A DNA stretch of 64,000 bases, from the NCBI GenBank assembly GCA_951406725.2, contig OX597818.1, positions 51,274,001 through 51,338,000 of the forward strand, in the 5' to 3' direction. The notes below the pieces were generated by a model that made no database searches, was not told the DNA's origin, and worked only from the letters and a program-made list of their open reading frames with translations. Position numbers and translations under genes: made by a program. The stretch comes from Octopus vulgaris. Its lineage: Eukaryota. Below, piece after piece: positions 35,131-48,776 of the stretch. Numbering within the stretch: the stretch's first letter is position 1; the number at the start of each line of letters is the position of its first letter.

Positions 35131-36327
35131 ATGGTAGACTCTATGATTACACAAGAAATGAAGAGGCATGCAGTCATCATGGCTATAAAGGCTGAACATA
35201 ACGATTTAGAGATAGCACGATTTTTAAAAGTTGCTAGATCTTTCGTCTACAAAATTTGCAAGGAGTTAGAGGCTAAAGACAGAAATGTATCACCAGTATC
35301 AAAATGTAAGAAACATTGTAGATGCACTGATACTATTAGAACACCAGAATTTATTCTACAAGTAAAGCAGACCATTAATGATAATCCCATGAGATCCATG
35401 AGGTTGGTTGCAAAAGAACACCATGTGTCAAAAGGAAGAATCCGAAATGTTGTCCACAAAGACATCAGGTACAAATCTTATGCGATGAGAAAAGGTCATT
35501 TCATGCCAGAAGCATTGAAAGAAAATTGCTTAATGAGATCTGAAAGACTCCTGAACAAACTTAAAAACCCAGCAGAGAAAGATGTCATTTGGTTCTTCTC
35601 AGATGAGAAAAACTTTGATCAAGATCAGAAAGTAAACAGAAGAAATGACAGATGGTTATGTACAGACCCTTCAGAAGCTTTAAGAGTAATGCATACAAAA
35701 TTTCCTGCAACTGTCATAGTTTGGGGGGGCTGTCAGCAATGAAGGACATGTGATGTCGCCTCACTTCTTTCCACAATGTCTTTGAGTAAACGCTGTGGCC
35801 TACATAGATGTTCTGAACACAGTGATTAAGCCATGGATCAATAATAAATGCAACGGAAGACCTGTGTTTCAACAAGACTTGGCACCATCATACAAGGCTA
35901 CAGCAATGCAGAAATGGATGGTGGAAAATTTTCGTGACCACATAACCTCCAACATTTGGCCTCCTAGCTCCCCAGATCTCAATCTACTGGACTACTATGT
36001 ATGAAGCATAGTTGAGAAAGAGGTTAATGAGACCCCTCATAACACCAAAGAATCCCTAAAAGCTTCCAGGAGTCAGAGTAATGTCTAATATGAACACAGA
36101 CCACTTGATCCTAACATGCAGGCAATTCAGACCTCACGTCTGCTTTCCATGCTAGCATGGGTTGGACGATTTGACTGAGGACTGGCGAACCAGATGGCTT
36201 CACCAGGCTCCAATTTGATCTGGCAGTATTTCTACAGCTGGATCCCTTCCTAATGCCAACCACTCTGAGAGTGTAGTGGGTGCTTTTACATGCCATTATT
36301 GAAGCTGAAGGAGATTTTATTGAATAA
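35131..36327 (+). pseudogene. Tc1/mariner superfamily transposase, DD37D (maT) type, disrupted
   Basis: WFFSDEKNF, FQQDLAPSY and WPPSSPDLNLLDY with 37 residues between the second and third D; frameshifts and stops; an RTE tail is inserted at about 36137-36294; ends IEAEGDFIE*. Confidence 0.85.
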
Positions 36328-36366
36328 AATGATGAAACAATATGTTTATTTTATTCTTATCCTCCT

Positions 36367-36749
36367 AGGCGTAGGAGTGGCTGTGTGGTAAGTAGCTTGC
36401 TAACCAACCACATGGTTCCGGGTTCAGTCCCACTGTGTGGCACCTTGGGCAAGTGTCTTCTACTATAGCCTTGGGCCGACCAAAGCCTTGTGAGTGGATT
36501 TGGTAGATTGAAACTGAAAGAAGCTCGTCGTATATATATATGTGTGTGTGTGTTTGTGTGTCTGTGTTTGTCCCCCAACATCGCTTGACAACCGATGCTG
36601 GTGTGTTTACGTCCCCGTAACTTAGCAAAAGAGACCAATAGAATAAGTACTAGGCTTACAAAGAATAAGTCCTGGGGTCGATTTGCTCGACTAAAGGCGG
36701 TGCTCCAGCATGGCCACAGTCAAATGACTGAAACAAGTAAAAGAGTAAA
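36367..36749 (+). mobile_element. tRNA-derived SINE family A
   Basis: Full-length copy close to the family consensus. Confidence 0.85.
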
Positions 36750-38184
36750 ACCTTTTTTCAGTAAAAAGGTATTATTGCCTGTTTCTAAGAGTCGTTTTTG
36801 TGTAAGTGTATAACTGTCCTCAAATTCGTATATGGGGTGTATGGCTTTTAATCTGGCATTGTATACAGGAAAGGCATCCAGTTGTAGAAACTATACTGAA
36901 GCAGACACTGTTACACGATGCAGTCCTCGGATAGCATCGGATCTTGTTAAACCTTCCAACCCATGCTGGTATAGATGATGATGATGATCATCATCATCGT
37001 TTAATGTCCGCTTTCCATGCTAGCATGGGTTGGATGATTTGACTGAGGACTGGCGAACCAGATGGCTGTGCCAGGCTCCAATCTGACCTGGCAAAGTTTC
37101 TACAACCAGATGCCCTTCCTAACGCCAACCACTCTGAGAGTTTAGTGGGTGCTTTTACGTGCCACTGGCATGGGGCCCAGTCTGGCGGTACTGAATATTA
37201 AAAAACATGATGGTGAGTGCGGCGGTGGTGGTGGTGGTGGTGGTGGTGGTGGTAGTGATAATGATGACAACAATGATGATGACGAGGAGGAGGAGGAGGA
37301 AGATTTAGATGAATGTTTATAATTTTTTGGGGTTTTTTTTTTCCTCCCGTATCCATTATTCTTTAATGAGAGTTTTTGATTTTTCATTGTCTAATTGTGA
37401 TTCATGAGTCAAAATTATCACAATTGCTTCCTAGCCAAGAGAAAGATTAAAAACTGGTTCTTGACCAGGCTAAATCTCTAAACCAGAGATAGAATTGTTT
37501 TTGTACTTCAACAACAACAACAACAAAAAAAAACAACATAAAAACAATTGCATTAACAAAAACAATGTCTATTCAGATTATCTCAATACTAGTACATTTC
37601 TTTTATCAAATTGATAAGAGCTATTTTTTCCAGCATTTAGATAATCTAAACAAATATTGTTTTAATAGTGTGGTTCTTTTTGGTAAAGTTCAAAACAGTT
37701 CTATGTGTGATAGGAAGATACAAATCAACTGTTCGTTATATTTGTAATTTGGAAACTGTGAGATGTTCTTGTTGCTAAATATTCTGAATAGTTGCTGGAA
37801 TATGAACTTTTGAAATCATTCAAGTTGACAGACTCTGTGTCCATTGTAACTAAAAAGTTCACCTTTTTGATTTTTGCCCTTTTGATACGAGTCTACCTGG
37901 GACGGCCACAGAGACTGCTTGTAAGTATGATACACGATTACTGTTTAAAATTTTCTAAATCAGTGGTTACTCTCTTTTACTCTTTTACTTGTTTCAGTCA
38001 TTTTGACTGCGGCCATGCTGGAGCACCGCCTTTAATCGAGCAACTCAACCCCGGGACTTATTCTTTTTTGTAAGCCCAGTACTTATTCTATTGGTCTCTT
38101 TTGCTGAACTGCTAAGTAACGGGGACGCAAACACACCAGTATCGGTTGTCAAGTAATGCTAGGGGAACAAACACAGACACACAA

Positions 38185-38215
<31 letters not shown>

Positions 38216-39322
38216 CATTTATACGACGGGCTTCTTTCAGTTTCCGTCTACCAAATCCACTCACAAGGCTTTGGTCGGCCTGAGGCTATAGTAGAAGACA
38301 CTTGCCCAAGGTGCCACGCAGTGGGAATGAACCTGGAACTATGTGGTTGGTAAGCAAGCTACTTACCACACAGCCACTCCTGCGCCTATTGTCAACAATT
38401 TTTTTGTTTTTTTTACCTATACATCCCTTTGATTCCTATCATACTTGGATGGACCTTCATAGCCATTTAATGTCTACAAAAGCAGCCTGTTATATTTTTG
38501 TAGTAGCTTCAGCAGTACATACAGTAATCCCTTGGCTATCACAGGTACTACGTTCCAAAACCCCTAGCAATAGATGAAAATCCGCAAAGTAGAAACTGTA
38601 CTGTATATTTTTTAAATTCATCATCATCACCATCGTCGTTTAACGTCCGTTTTCCATGCTAGCATGGGTTGGATGGTTCGACTGTGTTCTGGGAAGCCAG
38701 GAGGCTGCACCAGGCTCCAGTCTGATCTGGCAGGGTTTCTACAGCTGGATGCCCTTCCTAATATCAACCACTACGAGAGTGTAGTGGGTGCTTTTTACGT
38801 GCCACTGGCACGGGGGCCAGTCAGGTGGTACTGGCAACGACCTCGCTCGAATCTTTTTACACATGCCAACGGCACAGGTACCAGTAAGATGATGCTGGTA
38901 ACAATCCCGCTCGGATGGTGCTTCTCTTACATGCCACCGGCATGTATATATTTATTTTATTATAAATGCAAAACAACACCACAGAGGAATCGACATAAGC
39001 TTAAATAATAAACGGTGGTAGGTGAACCGCAATAGGTGAACCGTGGAATGGCGAGAGATTACTGTACATATTTTTATTACCTTTCTCAGTCTTTCATTGC
39101 CAAACACATTTCATGCTGTTAACACATAATGTTTTTTTTTTATGAGCGCTAATCGTCCATTCAAATTATTATGACTCCATACCTGCACAATTGTGTCTCT
39201 CTCGCAAGCATAAATCATCACGTGTCTTCATTGCCTGCTCTCCATTGCTCAAGTTTCCATTGTAAACACTCCCACCCATGCCAGCATGGAAGGCTGACAT
39301 TAAACGATGGTGATGGTGGTGG

Positions 39323-39364
<42 letters not shown>

Positions 39365-39924
39365 TAGAAAGGAGGAGGAGGAGGAGGAGGAGGAGAAGAA
39401 GAACAAGAAGAAGAAGAACAACAACAACCATGCAGATCTAATTCTTCATAAAGCGTGCCATTAGAATGCCTATAAATACCAAAGAACAGCCCTCACTGTT
39501 TTTGGTATTTAGAAATTAAGTGTTTTAAGATTTTTGTCTCTCGACCATCATCCAGGTTTCAACATTCTTCTACAGCTTTTTATCATTTTCTGCAATAGCC
39601 ATCAGCATAGAAACGTTATCTGGTACATCAAATCTTACAGCTTAAAGACCTACAGAAGTATTCTATCTAACTGTTCAAAAATGTTGTCTTTCAAGTTGCT
39701 TGAATTTGTTTCCTTAAGTGAGAAATAGCCCTTGTACCTAGTCCATCCTGAATATTTCAGCACTTAACTGTGTATGGTTCTGATTTTATGGGCATTCAAA
39801 ATAGGAGGCTGAGCCAAATTTGAGGATTTTGTTAAATTTGGAGCCATAATTAACGTCTAATATCTCAATATTGAGACATTTTCAACCTTTGAAACTTTGT
39901 GCATGCAACCTACTTCAGGAATAT

Positions 39925-40227
39925 GTTTGTTCCTTCTCAAGCCACACCTGGCTCATAAGGGCCGGTTTCCCAGTTTCCTTGATGTATAGGTTGCCCACCT
40001 GGATGGGACGCCGGTCCGTCACAGGTGAGCTGCAAGATACAGAAGGAAAGAGTGAGAGAAAGTTGTGGTGAAAGAGTCAGCAGAAGTTCGCCATTACCTT
40101 CTGCTGGAGCCATGTGGAGCTTAGGTGTTTCACTCATAAACACATACATCACCCAGTCTGAGATTCGAAGCCACGATCCCTCGACCTCGAATCCACTGCT
40201 CTAACCACTAGGCCATGTGCCTCCACC
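39925..40227 (-). mobile_element. tRNA-derived SINE family D
   Basis: Head GGAGGCACATGGCCTAGTGGTTAGAGCAG...GGCTTCGAATCTC; 13-bp TSD ACTTCAGGAATAT (39912-39924, 40228-40240); relative at about 53437-53749. Confidence 0.75.
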
Positions 40228-40730
40228 ACTTCAGGAATATATTACAAATAAATTATTATTACAAATTATTATGACAGATCATAAATATCTCTATTGTTTT
40301 CAATGCAATTCTAAAAATGAGAAAAAAAGTTCAAAAAGTGAGATTTTGGGAGATTTTAGCATCCATTATTATAGTTCCAGGCAATTAAGCTAATTATATT
40401 CTGAAAGTAGAAATCAATGTATATTATATTACCAAAATTAAGACTTTGAAAATATTAGATCTGGAATATTAATCATTGAATAGTGACCCAAGGCTCAAAT
40501 CTACCATGTTTGACCCCCAGAAATCCAATGTGGAGCCATTTTTTCCTAAAGGAATTTTTCGAAAATGACATCAATAGAACATGGATGATTTTCAGATAAA
40601 AATGGTTTCAACTCTTAACTTAAAGTCATTTGCTTCTAAAATAAGCAATAAACTGACCTAGAAATTAGAAATATTAAATTTCTAAATATCTCAGAGAGAC
40701 ATGAGCGGTGGTGGAGCAATAGAGTGGTTG

Positions 40731-40950
40731 TATACTGTCAACATAACATGACAGTCCCCGTAGCTTTAGGAAGCATTGATGCTTCCTGTCGGCCTTGACA
40801 CATTTCCTGTGTCCTTATATATTTACGAAGGGGAGACAAGCACCCCCAACAGCTAGGCCTGCATCTAGAGACATGCATGTTTCTGGGTCTTGCCCGTCAT
40901 CAGTCTGGAGTAGCAAGGCCTGCTAGCTGAAGATACCTATCTAGACTTCG

Positions 40951-40996
<46 letters not shown>

Positions 40997-41203
40997 GTGA
41001 AGTTTATTCACTGATAACCAAAATTAGAAATATTAAATTTCTAAATGCAAGCCTAGCTGTTGGGGGTGCTTGTGGTCCCCTTCGTAAATATATAAGGACA
41101 CAGGAAATGTGTCAAGGCCGACAGGAAGCGTCGATGCTTCCTAGGGCTAAATAGCGGTGGTGTAATTCCCTTTACGGGACTGTCATGTTATGTTGACAGT
41201 ATA
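40731..41203. mobile_element. Penelope-like inverted pseudo-LTR remnant
   Basis: 40731-40868 is inverted at 41041-41203; contains a hammerhead motif and (TA)n. Confidence 0.6.
40865..40908 (-). ncRNA. Minimal type I hammerhead ribozyme motif
   Basis: CCAGA-CTGATGA-CGGG CAAGA CCCA-GAAA-CATGCATGTC-TCTAG: intact core, palindromic stem III, GUC cleavage triplet; one mismatch each in stems I and II. Confidence 0.65.
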
Positions 41204-41711
41204 TGACCTAGAGATCTTGAAGTAAACTTATATTGAAAAACTAAGTACACTGTAGCTTTATGCATCAACTTCACTGAAACATCTTGATTTTTGGCTGAAA
41301 TATCTTCACATACCATTATCATAAATTATCATAAATTGCATCTACTTATAGACTGATTCTCAGTTTTTCAACTGAAATAAATGTCAACACATTTTGTGAG
41401 GATTCATATATCCATAAAATCAGAACCATACACATAAGTTAGGAGCTGAAATTTTCAGGATTGACTGGGTATAAGGATTACTTTAGTTATGGAAAATTTC
41501 AGACAATTTGAAGGACATCATCTTTCAAGCTTGGTTCAGAATGAGCTGGACAACCCCATTAATTAATTAGTAGGATGAGAGGCAAAGTTGACTGTGGCAA
41601 GATTTGAAGTCGGAATGTTAAGGGCTGGAACAACTACCTAAGGCATTTTGTCCCATACCTTAATGATTCTGCTAGTTCATCACCTTTAACCCTTTAGCAT
41701 TCAGATTCTTC

Positions 41712-42125
41712 TTATTTCTTATTTCTTTACTGCCCACAAGGAGCTACACACAGAGGGGACAAATAGATTAAGTCGATTATATCGACCCCCCAGTGTGTAA
41801 CTGGTACTTATTTAATTGACCCCGAAAGGATGAAAGGCTAAGTCGACCTCAGTGGAATTTGAACTCAGAACGTAGCAGCAGACGAAATACCTATTTCTTT
41901 ACTACCCACAAGGGGCTAAACACAGAGAGGACAAACAAGGACAGACAAATGAATTAAGTCGATTATATCACCCCCAGTGTGTAACTGGTACTTATTTAAT
42001 CGACCCCAAAAGGATAAAAGGCAAAGTCGACCTCGGTGGAATTTGAACTCAGAACATAGCGGCAGACGAAATACAGCTATGCATTTCACCTGGCGTGCTA
42101 ACGTTTCTGCCAGCTCGCCACCTTA
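41712..42125 (-). mobile_element. Dimeric SINE B inside a piggyBac MITE
   Basis: Same tail/body junction (AAAGAAATA|GGTATTTCGTCTG) as 29005-29403. Confidence 0.7.
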
Positions 42126-42221
42126 TGACTATGGATGTCTAAATTACAACAGGTATACAGCCCGTTGTTTGTATTATAGTGCATTGTTGTACCATTCAAA
42201 ACTTTTTATTCCATCTATATA

Positions 42222-42274
<53 letters not shown>

Positions 42275-44565
42275 AGAGAGAGAGAGAGAGAGAGGGAGGT
42301 TATGAGAGGTAATGGTGTCAGTGAGACCCAAAGGTGTCAGGTAATGCTGAATAAGTGCTATGGATAGACCATAGGTAAGTTCCAGATTTGGTGATTATGT
42401 GAATAAGGGGTCCAACTTAGGTCATATATCAGCGTGTGTATAAAAAAATTTTTTCCCGTAATGATATAAAAAAAACAAGCATTCAGGTTCTTCTGTCAAA
42501 TGTAATGCTTTTTTATTCACATTGCTTTAATTTAATCATGCATTATGTTGTAGCTTCAAGAATGATATTGCAGGGTTAGTGTGATAGGCCAGATATGGCA
42601 GAATTGAACATAAATTAGGCAGAACATTTGGACCAATGTTCAAGGGTTAAAAGAATTATAATAAATAAAACAGAATAAGAAACAAAAGTTTAACGAGCAC
42701 CTTTTTATGTGCTAAGTTTCTTTACTAACAAGCCATTAATCCTCTCTTGATCTTCTCATCAGCCACACCAGGCTACATTCTCGGTATCAATGGTAGAGAA
42801 ATAAAAAAATTTTTTTCTCTTACCAAATAACTTTGCTTGTAGTGGAGTTACAAGAAACTTGGCATCTCTGTAGATGCATGCTGGCACAAATCCAAACTGC
42901 TTATTCGCTTGCACATATTTTAAAATTCTCTCAACAGCTTTTGCAACCTAGTTCCATCAGTTTGAAGCCTTTAAAAAAAAAATTCTCTTTCCAGTGCAAC
43001 CCCTTTGGAGTTGAAGCAGTTTATGATAATACTGACATAAATAATTAATTAAATTAATAACTAGTATTGTTCCTGTATAACCTAATACTCTAAACAACTC
43101 ACTAACCACTTTTGCTCTCATCTTCTCAATGGCTTTATTTACGATACTTCAGTGTGAAGGCTTATTGCTGATAATGCAGTTGGCTCCACTGGTAGCAGGT
43201 ATTCTCTCCTAATCTCACACACTATACCTCATACAACCAGTAAAGAAGCCTCTGCTTGGTCCATTAGAAATAATAGCTAAATCTTCCTGAAATCATATTT
43301 TCTTCTTTTATATAAGATAAAAGAACATTTTTAGATAATGTGGTTCTACACACAGGGATGGTAATGTACTGAAGAAATTCACTTCACAAATGCGTGGTTT
43401 CAGGTTCAGTCCCATTTGATGGCACTTTGGGAAAATGTTTTCTACTATAGCCCCCAAGCCAATTAAAACCATGTGATTGGATTTGGCAAATGGAAACTTA
43501 TTGGAGGTTATTAAGTATCACCACCACCACCAACACCACCACCTTTGTCATCGTCATTGTCATCAACATTGTCATCATCATCATCATCTTCCATGTCCAT
43601 CTTCCATGCTGGCAAGGTTTGACAAGGGTCCAGTGAGTCAAGGACTGCATCATGATCCAGTATCTGCTTTGGTATAATTTCTACTGCTGGACGCCCTTCC
43701 ATGTGTGTGTGTTTGGAGCAGATTTTATGGAGTTATCCCCACATCATAAGCAGTAGTCCGAAGAGGTCTGCTCTGGGTGGTCCACCCCAGGTGGTTTGCC
43801 CTGGGTGGCACTTTTAAAGGGGCACCACTTTTGGGTCTGCTGCAGGCAATATGTGTTTTTATGAAACACCTTGACTTTAAAATCTCAATTCTGTTGTGAT
43901 ATGCAGGTCTTCTTTTATATATATATATATATATATACATATATATACTACAAAATTAGAGAATGGAGAAACATACTTAAATCAATAAGATGATACCCAA
44001 TCAATATGGCAGTATATTGGATATATATTATCCCATGGTGGGTTGAATTTTCAACCCCTATCTCATTTTATATACATATATATATATATACATATCTATA
44101 TATATATAGGTGCAGGAGTGGTTGTTTGGTAAGTGGCTTGCTTACCAATCACATGGTTCCAGGTTCTGTCCTACTGCATAGCCCATTGGGCAAGTGTCTT
44201 CTCCTGTGCCCTTGGGCCGACCAAAGCCTTGTGAGTGGATTTGGTAGATGGAAACTGAAAGCAAACCGATGTATATATATATATATATATATGCATGTAT
44301 ATGAATGTGTTTGTGTGTTTGTGTCTGTCCCACCATTGTCACTTGACAACTGATGCTGGTGTGTTTTCATACCCTATAACTTAGCGGTTCAGCAAAAGAG
44401 ACCGATAGAATAAGTACTGAGCTTACAAAGCTTGGGGTTGATTTGTTCAACTAAACAGGCAGTGCTCCAGCATGGCCGCAGTCAAATGACTGAAACAAAT
44501 AAAAGAGTAATACACACACACACATATATATATATATATATGTATGTGTGAGTGTGTGTGTATGC

Positions 44566-44620
<55 letters not shown>

Positions 44621-45023
44621 CACATGTATGTATGTATATATGTATATGTATGTATATATGTATATGTATGCATGTGTGTGTATGCGTTTGTGTATGAATG
44701 TATGTACACACCCATTTCTATATATACATGTATTGCTCATTGACATGTAACAAGTTGTATTATATGCATTATAAAAAAATGATTTGTATTTCTTATTCGT
44801 TGTGCAACAAAATCAAGGAATTTGTTTCTTTTCCACAACTATTTGCAACATGTTATTCTGTGAACATGTATATATTTGGGTCAACTATCCAAATAAGTCA
44901 TATAACCTTACTTTTTGTGTGTATTTAAAATAGAAACTGAATCAACCAGCTCAGCTACCTACCAAAGTATTTCTATATTACAGTACAGACTGCAAGTATG
45001 TAATCGTGTGTGTGTATATATAT

Positions 45024-45091
<68 letters not shown>

Positions 45092-45306
45092 GTTAGTGTA
45101 TTTAAATAAAAAATATTATATGTATATCCATCCATATGTGTGTGTGAATGTAAGCATTTATATATACATATAAATCATCATCATCATTTAACGTCCGTTT
45201 TCCATGCTAGCACAGGTTGGACTGTTCGACCAGTGTCTGGGAAGCCAGGAGGCTGCACCAGGCTCCAGTCTGATCATGTATATATATATGTGTGTGTGTG
45301 TGTGTG

Positions 45307-45375
<69 letters not shown>

Positions 45376-45724
45376 CATTATATATGCATACATGTATGTT
45401 TGTATGCTCATATATGCATAATTATTCATAAATACCCACTCATACACACACACACACACACACACACACATGCCTATATATTTATATGTATGCATGTGTG
45501 CACATATATGTGTGTATGTGTGTATCTCTACCTCTCTCTCTCTCTCTCTCTCTCTTGTTTAAGAAAAATGTCCATTTCCTTGGTTTTGTGTTTATGTTTT
45601 CGTTTCTCATTGTGTTCGACATTTTTTGGTGTCCTGTACCCATATATGCGTGTATATATACATGTAGAGGTAGGTACGTACATATATGTATATATATATG
45701 CATATGTTTTATTTATTAATTTGT

Positions 45725-45789
<65 letters not shown>

Positions 45790-46053
45790 TGGTAAAATAG
45801 AAAGATGAATAATCTTGTTGCAGATTAATCAAAAGTTTAACCGATACCTTGGTAGCAAAAATCACGGCAGAAGAAAGCACGGTTGGAGATAAAACCTTTT
45901 GGTGTCGCAACCGTGCGTTGGTGCGGATAATTGAATTTTAGTATTATTAGTGAATTGAAGAAATGAAGTTGAACGAAGATTGAACAGAATTCCTTTTATT
46001 GCATTCTACACATGTTTCAAAAGCCACAATTTTCCAAATTCTGATTTTTCAAA

Positions 46054-46099
<46 letters not shown>

Positions 46100-46349
46100 A
46101 AATATTATGTAGGTAGGTTTAAAATCTAAGCTGTGACCGCTTGAAGCTCATCTGCTTATTCCAGTATTACAATTCAATATGTCATTGTTATAATAGTTAT
46201 ATGAGGTACATATCAGAGCTGAAAATTCTGGGAATATTAGTTGCAGGATAATTATATATTGAAACAGGAAGCAAATGAAACATGTGTAATGGTGAATAAA
46301 TAATACTGAAAAAATATTTTCAACTTCCTCTTTCGATATATATGTATGT

Positions 46350-46354
46350 GTGTG

Positions 46355-46428
<74 letters not shown>

Positions 46429-46452
46429 GATATAGATATAGATTGATAGATT

Positions 46453-46506
<54 letters not shown>

Positions 46507-46815
46507 CAGACAGATAATGAGAGGGAGAGAGAGAAATAGAAATGTACATACGTTACATTTATGCATACATGTGTGTATGTGTGAGTGACTACATATGTGT
46601 GTGTATGTCCGCTACTCATTCTCTCTCTCTCTTCTCTCTTTGTCTGTCTGTCTCTTTCTCTCTCTCTCTCTCTTTCTCTCTGTGTCTGTCTGTCTGTGTT
46701 TCTCCCTGTCTCTCCCACACTCTGTCTCTCTGTCTCTTTCTCTCTCTCTCTCTTTCTCTCTGTGTCTGTCTGTCTATCTGTCTATCTGTCTTCTGTCTGT
46801 CTGTGTCAATCTCCC

Positions 46816-46877
<62 letters not shown>

Positions 46878-46886
46878 CTCTCTCCT
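46350..46886. repeat. Compound (TA)n/(GATA)n/(CT)n microsatellites
   Basis: Directly visible; similar tracts at 44510-44710, 45000-45790 and 54750-54930. Confidence 0.9.
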
Positions 46887-47058
46887 TCCAAATTAACTGC
46901 ATTGCACAGTGAGATGGATGTTTGAAACCATTCTCTCCAGGACAGCCATTCCCATTCTGTTGTATCAATTTCAGAAAAGGAATGTTGTGAATGATGCTTT
47001 AGCAGAATCTGGTACATAATGAAGACATATACACACGAACATATATATAATGTATATA

Positions 47059-48530
47059 TCATCATCATCGTCGTCATCATCGTTTAACGTCCGCTTTCCA
47101 TGCTGGCATGGGTTAGACGGTTTGGCTGAGGACTGGCGAGCCTGAAGGTTGCACCAGGCTCCAATCTGATCTGGCAAAGTTTTTACAGCTGGATGCCCTT
47201 CCTAATGCCAACCATTCTGAGAGTGTAGTGGGTGCTTTTACGTGCCACCGCCACGAGGGCCAGTCAGGCAGTTCTGGCAATGACCACGCTCAAAAGGTGT
47301 TTTTTATGTGCTACCTGCACGGGAGTCAGTCTGGCAGCACTGACAACGACCACACTCAAATGTTGTTTTTCACATGCCACCGGCACATGTGCCAGTAAGG
47401 TGACACTGGCAACGATCATGCTCGAATGGTGCCTTTTACGTTCCACTGGCACGAGTGCCAATCAGGCAGTAATGTCATCGGCCACATCAGCAATTTTGAT
47501 TTTGAATTTTTTTTTTTTTTCGCTTGCTTCAACAGGTCTTCACAAGCATAATTTATTGTCCAATGAATGAAAGGTACTCATAAGTGGGCTGGTTACATTG
47601 ACTGACATAGGCCACAGGTTATGGTCTTACTTGGTTTGTTGGGTCTTCTCAAGCACAGCATATCTCCAAAGGTTTCGGTCACTAGTCATTGCCTCGGTAA
47701 GGCTCAATGTTTGAAGGTCATGCTTCACCACCTCATCCCAGGTCTTCCTGGGTCTACCTCTTCCACGGGTTCCCTCAACTGCTAGGATGTGACACTTTTT
47801 CACACAGCTGTCCTCATTCATTCACAACAAACGACCATACCAGCACAGTCGTCTCTCTTGCACACCACATCTGATGCTTCTTAAATCCAACTTTTCTCTC
47901 AGGGCGCTTTCACTCTGTCATGTATACACACTGACATCACACATCCAGTGGAGCATACTGGCTTCATTCGTTGCAAGCTTACACATGTCCTCAGCAGTCA
48001 TAGCCCCTGTTTCACTGCCATGTAGCATGGCTGTTTGTACACATGTGTCATACAGTTTACTTTTTACTCTGAGCAAGAGGCCCTTTGTCACCAGCAGAGG
48101 TTGGAGTTCTCTAAACTTTGCCCAGGTCATTCTTATTCTAGCAGCTACACTTTCAGAGCATCCACTCCCGCTACTAACTTGGTCCCCTAGGTAACAGAAG
48201 CTATCAACTACTTCTAGTTTTTCTCCCTGGAATGTGGCAGAAGTTGTCCTCTGCAGATTTTCAGTGTTTATTGCTCCTGAGCATCTGCCATATGCAAACA
48301 CTATCTTCCCAGTTAGCCTTCCTTTGATACAGCTGCACCTCTTATGTGCCCATAGCTTACACTGGGTACATCTTATGGAGTTTCTACCTATGCCTTTTCT
48401 ACAGACCGAGCAGGGCCAACTACCTGAAGGGATTTGTTTTTTACCTGCCTTCCTACTTATTAGGACTTTGGTTTTAGTTAGGTTGACTTTAAGGCCCTTC
48501 AATTCTAATCCTTGCTTCCACACCTGAAAC
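47059..48530 (-). mobile_element. RTE-clade LINE, longest copy (RT 3' part with Cys/His-rich insertion, repeat-rich 3'UTR, (GAT)n tail)
   Basis: GLKVNLTKTKVL...WPCSVCRKGIGRNSIRCTQCKLWAHKRC...LEVVDSFCYLG...AMLHGSET...GRGRPRKTW is contiguous with the 3'UTR shared by many short copies. Confidence 0.9.
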
Positions 48531-48593
48531 TTTACTACAAAGCCATGCTTGTGCCCATTACTAAAGCTTTGATCAACACATGTGTATATAGTC

Positions 48594-48776
48594 CAGTGCT
48601 TTTCAAACTTTTTGTTCGAGCGGAACCCCAAGGAAACATTCCACTGTGCAATAATTTAATAGTCTTATGCACACATATCTGCACAGGAGAATTAAAAATT
48701 ACTGCCAATTTTAGCAGTTTTGTAACTTCTTGCAGAACCCCTAGACTACTGGCGGAACCCTGGTTGAAAATCACTG
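48594..48776. mobile_element. hAT (Buster-type) MITE
   Basis: CAGTGCTTTTCAA...TTGAAAATCACTG; 8-bp TSD ATATAGTC with central TA. Confidence 0.85.
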
